A stretch of DNA of 34,543 bases from a virus (Duplodnaviria > Caudoviricetes): positions 1-34,543 of IMG/VR virus record IMGVR_UViG_3300029448_000176; one strand, written 5' to 3'. Position 1 is the first letter of the stretch; each line of letters starts with the position of its first letter. Both the position numbers and the translations under genes were made by a program. Below, piece after piece: positions 19,570 to 30,500 of this stretch. The notes below the pieces were generated by a model. The model made no database searches. It was not told the DNA's origin and worked only from the letters and a program-made list of their open reading frames with translations.

Positions 19570-21510
19570 ATGGCAAATACACTACCATTAATAGAAGTAG
19601 ATTATTATAATTCTATTTGGAACAAAAGAGTTTTAACGCCTCAACCAGTGAAGCAGACAGGAACAGCAGACGCAATACCAGGCGGAGCTGGATCAGCTGC
19701 TAATCTAGGTACGTGGCCTATTAATAATGTGTTTGCGCCACCGCTTACGTTTAATCCTGGTTTTATTACTGATGGATCTGACACTGTTACTACCACTGAG
19801 TCTGTAAGTACACAGAATTTTTATACTGAAGAAATGTACATTAGAGGAGGTTTTAATAACAACTCCATGTCTTATGGTGTAAGAGCTTATTTAGATGAAG
19901 AGGAACCAGTACAACAGCATAGATTTAATACTTTAATACATTCAGGTATATTCAACTCTAGAACAGGTATTAACAGAACTAACGAATTTCCAGTAGGAAC
20001 TAATATAACTAGGTCAACAAATCCTCAGTATGGTTCAATACAGAAAATATATGCTGATGAAAATGATGTAGTTGTACTTCAAGAAAACAAATGTAGTAGA
20101 GCTTTAATAGATAAAAACGCTATATACAATGCTGAAGGTGGAGGAAGTGTAACTACTTCAAATGCTGTAATAGGTGAAATAGTGCCTTACGCAGGTGAGT
20201 ATGGTATTAGTAAAAACCCTGAATCTTTTGCTGTTTATTCTTTTAGAAAGTATTTTGTTGATAGAAATAGAAATGCAGTGTTAAGATTATCTGGAAACGG
20301 TATAACTGAAATATCTGAGTATGGTATGCGTGATTTTTTTAGAGATAATTTAGCTACATTAAACGATAATTATACAAATGAGTATACTCAAGATTTAAAT
20401 GTAACTACTGTAAGTACAAGTTACGGAACTGACTCAAGTTATTTTACAGTAACAGCAACACCAAACCTTAATAAATCTAATACAATAATAGGTTCTAAAA
20501 TATTTTGGTCTAGCAACCAAGGCGCTTCGTATGTAGACACTGGAGCTACTGTTTTAGGTTATGCTCTTTGGACTAATGTTCGCCAATTATTTACAGACAA
20601 AGTATTAGATAGTACTTTTTTTGACTCTAATACAAGTACTAGATTGAAACTAGTAGCTCCATATAGAAGTAGAGCTTATGGTGGTTGGGATGCTTATAAC
20701 AAGCAATATATTGTTTCTTTACAGTACAATAATACTATAACAGGTGATCCTACTCAAGTAAGTGGTGCAGATGCTTTACCAATGCGTGATACTACGTTTT
20801 ACACTTTAGGTTTTGATGATAGTGTTAATGGGTGGCCAAGCTTTTATAGCTATATGCCAACTGCAATTGGTAGTTTAAAAAATCAATTATTAACACTTAA
20901 CAACCAACCATATGCGCCTGATGCAATACCTAACTCAGCTACAGGTAATGTTACACAGTTAACTGGACTATATACGCATTACGAAGCATCAAGTTCACAT
21001 GGAACTTTTTATGGTACTAGTAATGCTTCTACAGTTTCAATAGTAGCAAACTCTCAACCTTCGCTACAGAAAAACTTTTTAACAATAGATTATGAAGGTG
21101 ATAGTGGCTGGAAAGCTACCGTAATAACATCTGATCAAACAGGTAAAAATATAAATAGAACAACAGGTGGTGCTTTATCAGGTGGTTTTAGTTTTAGTGA
21201 TGACAATGCTAATATAATTAATAGCTACGTAGAAGGAGCATACGATGGTCTAGGCAATACAGGAACATCGGCTAATCCAGTAAACACGCCTTTATTAAGA
21301 GGTGGTTTTGATAGAAAAGAAAATAGATACGTAGCAAACTTTATTAATAGTTCAACACAAGCGCCAGGTGAAATTATATTTGGTAACAGTGTCAGCGGTT
21401 TAAAAGGTTATTATTTAGATATAACTTTCTCTACTGATACTAATACAGATCCAGGCGGTATGAAAGAATTATACTCAATAGGCGTAAACTATAACGTATC
21501 TTCAATATAA
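19570..21510 (+). CDS. Tail stabilization / muzzle-like protein, C-terminal part (beta-propeller)
   Basis: GSIQKI..VVLQENK, YAGEYGISKNPESFA..YFVDRNR..VLRLSGNGITEISEYGM and GWPSFYSY, typical of P22 gp10-like/muzzle propeller blades. Confidence 0.7.
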   Translation: MANTLPLIEVDYYNSIWNKRVLTPQPVKQTGTADAIPGGAGSAANLGTWPINNVFAPPLTFNPGFITDGSDTVTTTESVSTQNFYTEEMYIRGGFNNNSMSYGVRAYLDEEEPVQQHRFNTLIHSGIFNSRTGINRTNEFPVGTNITRSTNPQYGSIQKIYADENDVVVLQENKCSRALIDKNAIYNAEGGGSVTTSNAVIGEIVPYAGEYGISKNPESFAVYSFRKYFVDRNRNAVLRLSGNGITEISEYGMRDFFRDNLATLNDNYTNEYTQDLNVTTVSTSYGTDSSYFTVTATPNLNKSNTIIGSKIFWSSNQGASYVDTGATVLGYALWTNVRQLFTDKVLDSTFFDSNTSTRLKLVAPYRSRAYGGWDAYNKQYIVSLQYNNTITGDPTQVSGADALPMRDTTFYTLGFDDSVNGWPSFYSYMPTAIGSLKNQLLTLNNQPYAPDAIPNSATGNVTQLTGLYTHYEASSSHGTFYGTSNASTVSIVANSQPSLQKNFLTIDYEGDSGWKATVITSDQTGKNINRTTGGALSGGFSFSDDNANIINSYVEGAYDGLGNTGTSANPVNTPLLRGGFDRKENRYVANFINSSTQAPGEIIFGNSVSGLKGYYLDITFSTDTNTDPGGMKELYSIGVNYNVSSI

Positions 21511-21521
21511 TTTAATTTAAT

Positions 21522-21929
21522 ATGAATATAAGAAAATTACAAGAGTCTGACTATAAGATTCTAGAAAAATGGTGGAAAGTTTGGGACTGGCCACCTATTG
21601 AAAAAGATTTTTTACCAGAAAATGGTACTGGTGGACTAATGGTACAAGCAAAAGATGGCACACCTATTGTTGCTGGTTTTTTGTATATGACAAACTCTAA
21701 AGCAGTTTTACTAGAATGGATTATATCTAATCCAGAATATAGAGAACCTGACAGAGATGCAGCTATAACATCATTAATAATGGGAGCTGAAGCTGTTGTT
21801 TTAAACGCAGATAAAAAATATATGTTTACTATTGGTAGAAACCAAAAATTAATAAACAAGCACAAGGAATTAGGATGGCAAGTAGATAAAAAGCCTTCTT
21901 ACGAGATAGTTAAAAATTTAAAACAATAA
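21522..21929 (+). CDS. GNAT-fold-like small protein before the ejection genes
   Basis: MNIRKL start, PIVAGFLY strand, ISNPEYRE (motif A-like) and KELGW end. Position matches GNAT-like genes before podovirus ejection proteins. Confidence 0.55.
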   Translation: MNIRKLQESDYKILEKWWKVWDWPPIEKDFLPENGTGGLMVQAKDGTPIVAGFLYMTNSKAVLLEWIISNPEYREPDRDAAITSLIMGAEAVVLNADKKYMFTIGRNQKLINKHKELGWQVDKKPSYEIVKNLKQ

Positions 21930-21931
21930 AT

Positions 21932-22624
21932 ATGGGAGTTATGACTGGCATAGCTATTGCTGGGACAATAGCAGGAATTACAACAAATGCTATAGCAGCT
22001 AAAAAAGCTAAAGATGCAGCCGCTGAGCAAGCAGAAATAAAAGATGCAGAGCAAGGTGCGTTAGACGCTTTAGTTGCAGATAGGCCTGCGTTTCAAAACC
22101 CATATGAAAATATGACTAATCAGTTTGCTAACTTAGATAATCCATACGCTAATTTAACCGTAGCTACTGAAGCTTTTAAAATACAAGCTGAACAGGCTGA
22201 TCAAGCTTTAGCAAATAGTTTAGATGCTATGATGGAAACAGGTCAAGCAGCTGGTGGAGCAACAGCATTAGCTCAAGCTGCATTAGAAAGTAAAAGAGGT
22301 ATTGCTGCTAGTATACAAGCTCAGGAATCTGCTAACAAAGCTAAAGCAGCTGAAGGCGAAGCTAATGTTCAGAGGTTAAAAGCTGAGGGTGCTCAAAGAC
22401 TAGATGAGATGAAAGCTAAAGGTAATCAAATGGAGCAGCAAGATGCTATTAACTTTCATGAAGCTAAAATGGACAGAACTGCTAAGTTGTTAGACAACGC
22501 TGCTCAAAACGAACAAGATCAAATGGCTGCTAGAAGCGCTGCGATCATGGGTATAGGTAATGCTGCTGTATCAGGAGCAGGAAGTATAATAGGAGGTATA
22601 AAAGCCGATAAAGCAGGAGGTTAA
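21932..22624 (+). CDS. Small ejection / internal virion protein
   Basis: Ala/Gln-rich coiled coil with Gly/Ala hydrophobic ends, like P22 gp7/T7 gp14-type proteins. Confidence 0.65.
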   Translation: MGVMTGIAIAGTIAGITTNAIAAKKAKDAAAEQAEIKDAEQGALDALVADRPAFQNPYENMTNQFANLDNPYANLTVATEAFKIQAEQADQALANSLDAMMETGQAAGGATALAQAALESKRGIAASIQAQESANKAKAAEGEANVQRLKAEGAQRLDEMKAKGNQMEQQDAINFHEAKMDRTAKLLDNAAQNEQDQMAARSAAIMGIGNAAVSGAGSIIGGIKADKAGG

Positions 22625-22625
22625 T

Positions 22626-24494
22626 ATGAGTTTTACTAATCCACAGAGAATAATAAATAAACAGTTTGACGCTTTTGTTGCTGGCGGTAATAACATTACT
22701 AAAAGCATAGCGCCTGATATGGCTACAATGCAAAAGCATATAGCCGAACAAAAGAAATATACTAGAGATTTAGAGCAAAGAGATCAACAAACAGGCTTTA
22801 AATTAAGATCATCATTAAATGAGCTTGGTACTACTGGTAATAGAGTATTAGATGAAAACATACAAGTTTTCTGGAATGAACAAGTAGATAATTATTTTAA
22901 GATTAAAAACGCTATGCAAGATGGTACTATTACTAAGCAAGAAGGTAATAGAGGTCTAGCTAAAATAATGGGATTAGTTCCTCAGTTTAAAAGACAAGTA
23001 CAGATTATAGGAGCACAAGCAACTGCGTTTAAAGAAGATGCTGCTAATGGTAATGTATCTTCAGTAGGTTCTATAGAAAATAAAAGCTTTTTAAAGCGTG
23101 CTGGTGATGGCGGTAATATAGGTATAGTAGAGCGTGGTGGACAATTGTACTTTTTTGCGCCAGCAGAAAACGGTGAGCCAGAAGCTATGATAAACGGCAA
23201 TGAGCTTTTAACAATGGAAAACTCAGGACAAAACATGTACCAAACAAAACCTAACTTAAGTGAAACAGGTAATAAGATATTTAATGCAGAAGTAGAACCA
23301 GATAGTAACACCAGTGATTTTGTTACATATGAAACTTTTGTAAAAGGCGATACTAATCCTATAAACGGTAAGCCTATGAATAACTTAGAAGATGGTAAAG
23401 TATATACATATAGAACTATAGTGCCTGATAAAAGAGATGGAGCTATAGAAAAACTTACAAATAGTCCAGCTGTTGCTAATTTAATTAACAACGATAACTT
23501 AATGAAAAGAGTTTGGCAAGATGAAATACCTGATGGAGAGTTTAACGAGGAAACACAAGAATGGGAGCCGCCAAATAGTATAGGTGCTATAGCTGCAGAA
23601 TTAAACTTAGACCCTAATATGTTTAAAGATGGCTGGCATGAGTTTACTGAAGATATGGATGAAGATCAAATAGCAGAGTTAAATAAAAATCAAAACGCTG
23701 TTATGAGTTCTTATTTAGGAACTAAGTTTTACAATGATAACGCTACTATGGACAACGTTGTTAAGTTTGTTAAAGAAGAAGTATTAACAGCTAATACCAA
23801 AAACGAAAAAACAGGTGAACCATATTACATGGACACTATAAATGACACTATGATGTTCTTTGAAAACCCAATTGAAAATGAAAAATTAATTTTAAATCAT
23901 AGTATTAATATAGGTGGTAAAAATTACAACATTGCTAAGATAGAAGTTGATGGAGATAATGTAATATTAAAAGATGAAGACTACAAAGTAAAAGTAGATG
24001 GTGAAGATGGTCAGCAAGAACAACAAGCAGTTTACAAAACTATTGGTACGTTTAACGTGAGAGATGATAAGTCTCAATTAGCATTAGCCCAAGCCTTACA
24101 AAGAGCTTCAGCTGGTAATAACAAAGAGAACAACGAGGTTGTAGCAATGTTTAGAAGATTATATCCTGAAGTTTATAATAAAAGAAAATTAGAGCTTGAT
24201 AAGCAGAAACAAGCAGAAGGACAAACTTTTAATACTAAAAACAAAGCTGGTGGCGGTGTTTTTAAGGATTCTAAAGCATATGAAGCTTGGAAAAGCACAA
24301 ATCCTTTAAGTGAAGAGTCTAAAAAACAATTTTCTGTACACCCTGATATAATAGCAGCTCATCAAGCTTTGTCAAGAGCCAAAAGTGATGGTGATAAAGC
24401 TTTAGCAACAGAACTAGAACTTGAGTTTAACGAAATAGAATACAGAGTATACAAAGAGTTGTTAGATCAACAAGTTATGAGCAACTTACAATAA
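22626..24494 (+). CDS. Middle ejection / internal virion protein
   Basis: 622 aa, helical N-terminus, located between the small and giant ejection-type genes. Confidence 0.55.
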   Translation: MSFTNPQRIINKQFDAFVAGGNNITKSIAPDMATMQKHIAEQKKYTRDLEQRDQQTGFKLRSSLNELGTTGNRVLDENIQVFWNEQVDNYFKIKNAMQDGTITKQEGNRGLAKIMGLVPQFKRQVQIIGAQATAFKEDAANGNVSSVGSIENKSFLKRAGDGGNIGIVERGGQLYFFAPAENGEPEAMINGNELLTMENSGQNMYQTKPNLSETGNKIFNAEVEPDSNTSDFVTYETFVKGDTNPINGKPMNNLEDGKVYTYRTIVPDKRDGAIEKLTNSPAVANLINNDNLMKRVWQDEIPDGEFNEETQEWEPPNSIGAIAAELNLDPNMFKDGWHEFTEDMDEDQIAELNKNQNAVMSSYLGTKFYNDNATMDNVVKFVKEEVLTANTKNEKTGEPYYMDTINDTMMFFENPIENEKLILNHSINIGGKNYNIAKIEVDGDNVILKDEDYKVKVDGEDGQQEQQAVYKTIGTFNVRDDKSQLALAQALQRASAGNNKENNEVVAMFRRLYPEVYNKRKLELDKQKQAEGQTFNTKNKAGGGVFKDSKAYEAWKSTNPLSEESKKQFSVHPDIIAAHQALSRAKSDGDKALATELELEFNEIEYRVYKELLDQQVMSNLQ

Positions 24495-24500
24495 AGTAAT

Positions 24501-27500
24501 ATGTACGAAATAGAAGGCGTAAAAATAACTAGAGAACAACTAGAAGCTGAAGCTCAAAGAAGAGGTATAACTTTTGAAGCTCTACTAGCCGCTAATAAAG
24601 GCAAGATAGTAGAAGTTGACGAGAACGGTGTGCCTATTCTGCAAGCTGAAATTGTTGAAGAAAGTGTAGGTGAATCTAGTGAACCTGCAGGTAATGAGCT
24701 TCTATCTATTCAAGAGCAAGACAGATTTGCTGACTCAATAATGAATCCAGCTAAATACGATCCTGCAAATGTAAATTATGAAAGCCCACAAGGTCAAATG
24801 GTTATGGGGCAGCCTGCGGTGTCAGGCAATTTTGAAATGCAAGATATTGCAGGTCCTGATTTTACTCCTATAAACACAGAAGAGCTTGAAGCTTTAAAAG
24901 CTGCACAATCGTATGATGGTCAAGTTGCTAAGTATAATAAAAAGATAAAAGAGATAATGAGCATGCAAGGCGTATCTCAATCTGATAAGTTAAAGTTAGC
25001 TAATGAGCAACCTTTACCTAAATTTAAAGATCAATCTACATATCCAGGTATTGAAGACTATACAAAACCTCAAGGATTACTTGCTGAAGTTATAGAAGAA
25101 AAACCAGACGTAATAGAAAATGAGTACTTGATGACGAAAAAACGAGATCAAGTAAACGAAATTATAGGTCCAGTTGGTAATGAAGAAATGGAGTTTGGTG
25201 AAACAGATGCTATACAAACTGATGAAGAACTAGAAGAGAAAGCTGTTGAGTCTTATGTTTCTATGAGAAAAAATGATCCTATAATAAAAGCTAGATTAGA
25301 GGAATACAAAAAAATGTATCTTCCTAATGTTGAAGCTTATATGAACGATCTTGTAGATAAAGGTACTTATGATACTAGTACTCAAGCAGGTGTCAATGCT
25401 ATGCAACAAGCTGTTAATACTTACTATGCTAATTTAATAGAACAAGCAATGCAGCAAGATAATGCTGTAAATGTTCAAAGCAATAAAATAGCTGAATTAA
25501 TAGAGCAAGAACTTGGTAATAAACAAGTTGCTATGGGTAGAAATAAAAGTAAATTTTATAGTTTTTTTGATCAAGTACAATCTTATATAAAGCCTCTTCC
25601 TATACCTGGAATAACAAAAACTTTTTTAACAGGAAGTGTTGATTTTGCAGAAAGCTTAGCTGTTAACGTTGCAGACTTCACATTCGATATGGGTAACACT
25701 ATTGGAGCTCAAGTAGATGGTATGCAGATTAAGGCTAATGAAGAGGCTCTTGCTAAACTTCAAGACCTTAGAGACAAAGGAGGAAAAGACGATGATGAAG
25801 TTACTATAGAAATAACAAATCCACTTGGACCTTCCTATCCTCCTATATCACAAACAGGAACTATATTTGGTCTTGAACTACAAGCCGGATCAAACAAAAT
25901 GCAAGGTGCTGAAAGTTTGCTAGAAAACATAGATCAAATTGAAGAGTTTGAAGGTTTTCAAAACTTATCAAAGAAAGCTAAATTTACTGACGGTATATCT
26001 TTTTCAGATTTAACAATAGCTTTAGGTCAATCTTTGCCACAGATGGGTGCTGTTATGGCTGGAACTGGTGCAGCTATGATACCAGGAGTCGGTCCAGTTG
26101 CCGCTGGTATAGTAGGAGCTATGGGTCAAGTTGCTGCTACTAGTTATTTTTATGCTGATGAATATATGAATGCTGTAAAGCAAGGTATACTAGATAATCC
26201 AGATAAATATCCAGGTGGTGATACTAAGGAAAATATGCTTAAAGCTATTGAAAGCGGTGAGTTTGACAATGTAGCTCAAGATATAGCTATGGCAGGTACT
26301 ATGAGTTTACTAGAAAGAATTGGTGCTAAAGGTCAATTAAAAGCTGCTCAAGCTGTATTTAAAAAATCAGGCATTAAAAACGGTGTTAATAAAATGTATT
26401 ATGATGGTGTAAAACATTATTTAGATAAAGTAAAAATAAACGCTGTTAATTTAAATAGATCAGGTAGGAACGAGCTTATAACTGAGTTTTTTCAAACTGG
26501 ACTTTCTCAAGTTAATAAAGGTATTAAAGGTGAAGGTGGCATTAACGACGCTTTAAGATTTGTAGAACCTGAAGAGTTATTAGAAGCTTCTTTAGCTGGT
26601 TACTCTATGGGTGTTGCTTTACCTTTTGCTGGAAGTATTAAATCACAGGTTTCAGACCCTATAAATCTAGCTAAAAATTATGTTAAAGAATTTAATTTTA
26701 AAAAGCCTGCATCTAATATAACTAGAACAGAGAAGTTTTTTGCTGAATTAAAAGAACAAATAAAAAAGAAATACTCTGATGCTGACGGTAACATAATTAA
26801 GAAAAAAGAATATCAAGATGAAATAGCTAGATTATCAGCGATAAGAAATGCTGGTATTAAAATGCCTATAAACTTTAGTAAAATACAAAGACAAGAAGCT
26901 ACAGATCTTATATTAGAAAAAGATAATTTACTTAGAGAAAACGAAACTATATTACCTGAATTTGCAAATGACAATAAAGCTAGGATAAATCAAATAAATG
27001 GAAGACTAAATGATTTAGCTGAAGTTGAAATACAAACAAGAGGCGTTGCAGATGTTACTACTCAATTAGATGATGACATCGTAGATTCATTTTTAACTTT
27101 TGATACTTCAAAAGAATTACAAGAGTGGTTAGAAAGTAAAAACGTTAAAGACGCGGAAAAACTATCACAGCAAAGAGGTTTAGATTTAGAAATAGATGGT
27201 GTAGAATATGCTATTCAAAATAATGAAAAAAATTCTAAATCTGGTTTCTTTTCAGGTATGCATGAAACGTTACATAAGTTTCTTAAAAACACATTAAAAA
27301 CTAATCCTGAAGTTGTTTTTCCAGTAGCTAAAATACTAAAGAAAAGATTAGTTGAGTTGCAAAAAGATCCTAGAGTTAATCAACAAGATTTAAAAGCGTT
27401 AGATAACACTTTACAACAATATAAAGATGATGAAAGTATAAATAGTAGAGTAGAAGCTGAAGAGGTAATTACTTTATTTAGTGAGTTTGCTAACAAAGGT

Positions 27501-30500
27501 ATTATACCTTTTGAGTCTAAAAGGTTTCAAGGTTTTAGAGATGCTACTAGAAGATTAATGCAAGAATTACCAGGTGCTAAAAACTTAAAGTTTGAAAATG
27601 AATTAGACGTGTTTAATTTCATAAAGGATTATAACAAGTCTATACGTAAAGGAAGATTTACTAGAGCTCAAGTAAGAGCTGCTAGAGAGGGCATAGATAT
27701 AGGAGAAGATATACAACAGGTTGCTGATGCGGAAGAAGCAGCAAGAAAACCTAGTGATAGAGATTTAAAGCAAGCAAAAGATGTTGATATTGAAAAAATA
27801 ATAGAAAACAAAGACACTTCAGATCCTAGTGTTCAACAAGAATTAGCTTTTCAATTTTATGATGATGTTCTTAACTATGTAAGATCTGGAAGATTTAAAA
27901 TAAACGACACACCTGTAATTGAACTTCCTCAAGTATCTGGTGTTGTAGAAGGCGATGTTAATAGCGCTGATTTTGGTAGAAAAAAAGAAGGTGCAGTTTT
28001 AGTAGAAGATATTGCAATGGACATAGTTACTGACGCGGATAGAGGACTAAGACGTATTGTGTCTGACTACTTTAAAAAGCCTGTTAATGAAAGAGGTACT
28101 TTAGGACAGTTTGTTGGAGGAACTAAAGCTTTTGACTTATATAGAGCTACTGAGGTAGCGGCTAAAACTTTAGGATTACAGTCTCAAGATATTGCACAAG
28201 AAAGCACTGAAGATTTTAGCAAAGAAGAAAAGCCATCGTTAAGAAAAAGTATGCTAGATTTATCTGAAGAAATAGAGCAGCAAGAAAATGTAGAAGCTTT
28301 AGCTACAGACATGGCAGAAGCAGCTAGTAAAATATTAAGTGGTAAGTTAAAAGCACCAACATCAAAAGACTTTATTCAAGACTTACAAAAACAATCTAGT
28401 GATTTAGCTTTTCAAAGAGTTAAAAAATTAATGGGAAAACCAAAGTCAGAACAGTATACTAAGTTTATAGAAGACTATGCATTAGCTATATTAAATAAAA
28501 CAGCTCAGACTACATTGAACAAAAGATTTAACAAGCTTACTGAGCCTGTAATAGATCCAGAAACTGGCAAACAAGTTAGAACATTGACAGATGAATCAAG
28601 AGCTGAAGGATCAAGAGTTAAAAATCCTTATGCTGGTAATCCTAAAAGGCAATTAAAACCTGATTTAGATGTTCAAGATATGTTAGAATATTTTACACCT
28701 GAACAAGGAAGAAGAGATGCTAAGCAAAACACATTAGCAGAAGTAGCTGCATTTGAATTTGTTGTGGACGCTATGCCTGAAGCTCTTAAAACAGAGCTAG
28801 ACGATGGTACTACTATTGCGGAAAGAAGAGCAGAACTATTTGGTCAAGATGTTGTTAACGCAGAAATAGCTTACATAGCTAGAGAACTAGGTAGAGGTGT
28901 AGATTATAAAGCCGCTAAAAATATTGTATTACCTGCTGAACTTGCAGAAGAGTTTGACGCTGTTAAAGATCAAATAGTTCAAGCAGCTCAAGAATATGGT
29001 ATTGGTATTGATGAAGAATACACTGAAGGTTTTTCTCAAGCAATTGAAAATGTTGATCCTAGAATTACAGAAGCGTTAGTAGATATAATGTTTACTGAAG
29101 ATCCTGAATTAGCTACAGGTGGTGAGTTTGTAAAAGGATCTATAGAGTCTTTAGAAAAGGCAGGTTTTCCAGAAGTTGCTGCTGAAATAAAAAAGCGAAA
29201 TCTTATAGCTGTAAGCAATATAAAAGGAATTAGAGTTATAAATGAAGCACCAGCAAAAAATTTAAATAAACTTGGTCAAATAATTACTAAAAGTTTACTA
29301 GATAATAGATTAATCAAATCTTGGAATAAAACTTTAGACTTTTTAGGATATTCTAACAGATTATTAAACGCTGCGCAGGAAACTTTAAACAAGGCTACCG
29401 GTCAAATAGAGCAGGGCCCTTTCTATGTTGACAGATTAAAAGCTCAAGGATCAAGCTATACAAACGAGTCTCAAGTAAAAGATATTGTTATTTCAGATAT
29501 AAAACCAATGAATAAGAGCTTTGGCTATATGCAAAGTTTTTCAAAAAAAGTTTTTTCTACTGTTAGCTTAGAGTCTAAATTAGCTATGGTTGAAAAAGAA
29601 AGAAACATAATTGAAGCAGCTGGTATTGCTAATAAAAAAGTTTTAAGTAAGTTAGTTTTAGCAATGCAAAAAGATCTAGCATCTGGTAAAAGAATTACTA
29701 AGTCTCAAGTGTATCAGTTTTTTCAACTACAAACAGGTGTAATAAAAGGTTTAAGAGCTTTAACTAGTCTTGATTATCTTTACTTAATAGAAGGCAATCA
29801 ATGGATTGAAGGTAAAAAAAGACCAGAAGTACCTTCATTTTTACAACTTACAGAGGAAGAACAACAAGCTAAACTACAAGAGTTTATTGATGAGTTTCCT
29901 GAATTTAAAGATAGATATGATATAAGATTAGAACAAAAGTTAAACGCTATTGATAAGAAAACTGGTGAAAAAAAATATACTTTTGAAGAAGCTAGAGCAA
30001 GAGCAGCATTTGATCCTACTCTTTCTGCTTATAGAGATTTAAAAACAAAAGGAGAGCATTTAGTACCTAATTCAGTTACTATGCTTGAATTATTTGATGG
30101 TGTAATTAGAAACAATTTAGATCAAGCTAAGTTAGATCAGATACTAGCTGGTCATGGTCAGTTCTTTGGACCTAATTACGTTGCTGATCTTTTAGACACT
30201 AAAGGTATTGAAGGCGGTAAAAAGACAGGACTAACTAGTCAAGAAGGTATATTTAGATTAAGTAAGTTTTTAAAAAATAGACCTGATATAAGTAACAACA
30301 TCTACGCTCCAAACGGAAATAAAGCTTTTCAAGAAATAGTAAACACAGAAATATTTTTTAAAGCCTCTGAAGATCTTAACAATTCTATAAAGCAAGCTAA
30401 GAATATTGACGTTGACATGCTTAAAGCTTTAGATGTAATACAATTTGACGAAGCGCCAAGTATGAATCAGGTATTACAAAAAGCTAAGATAATAGATGAT

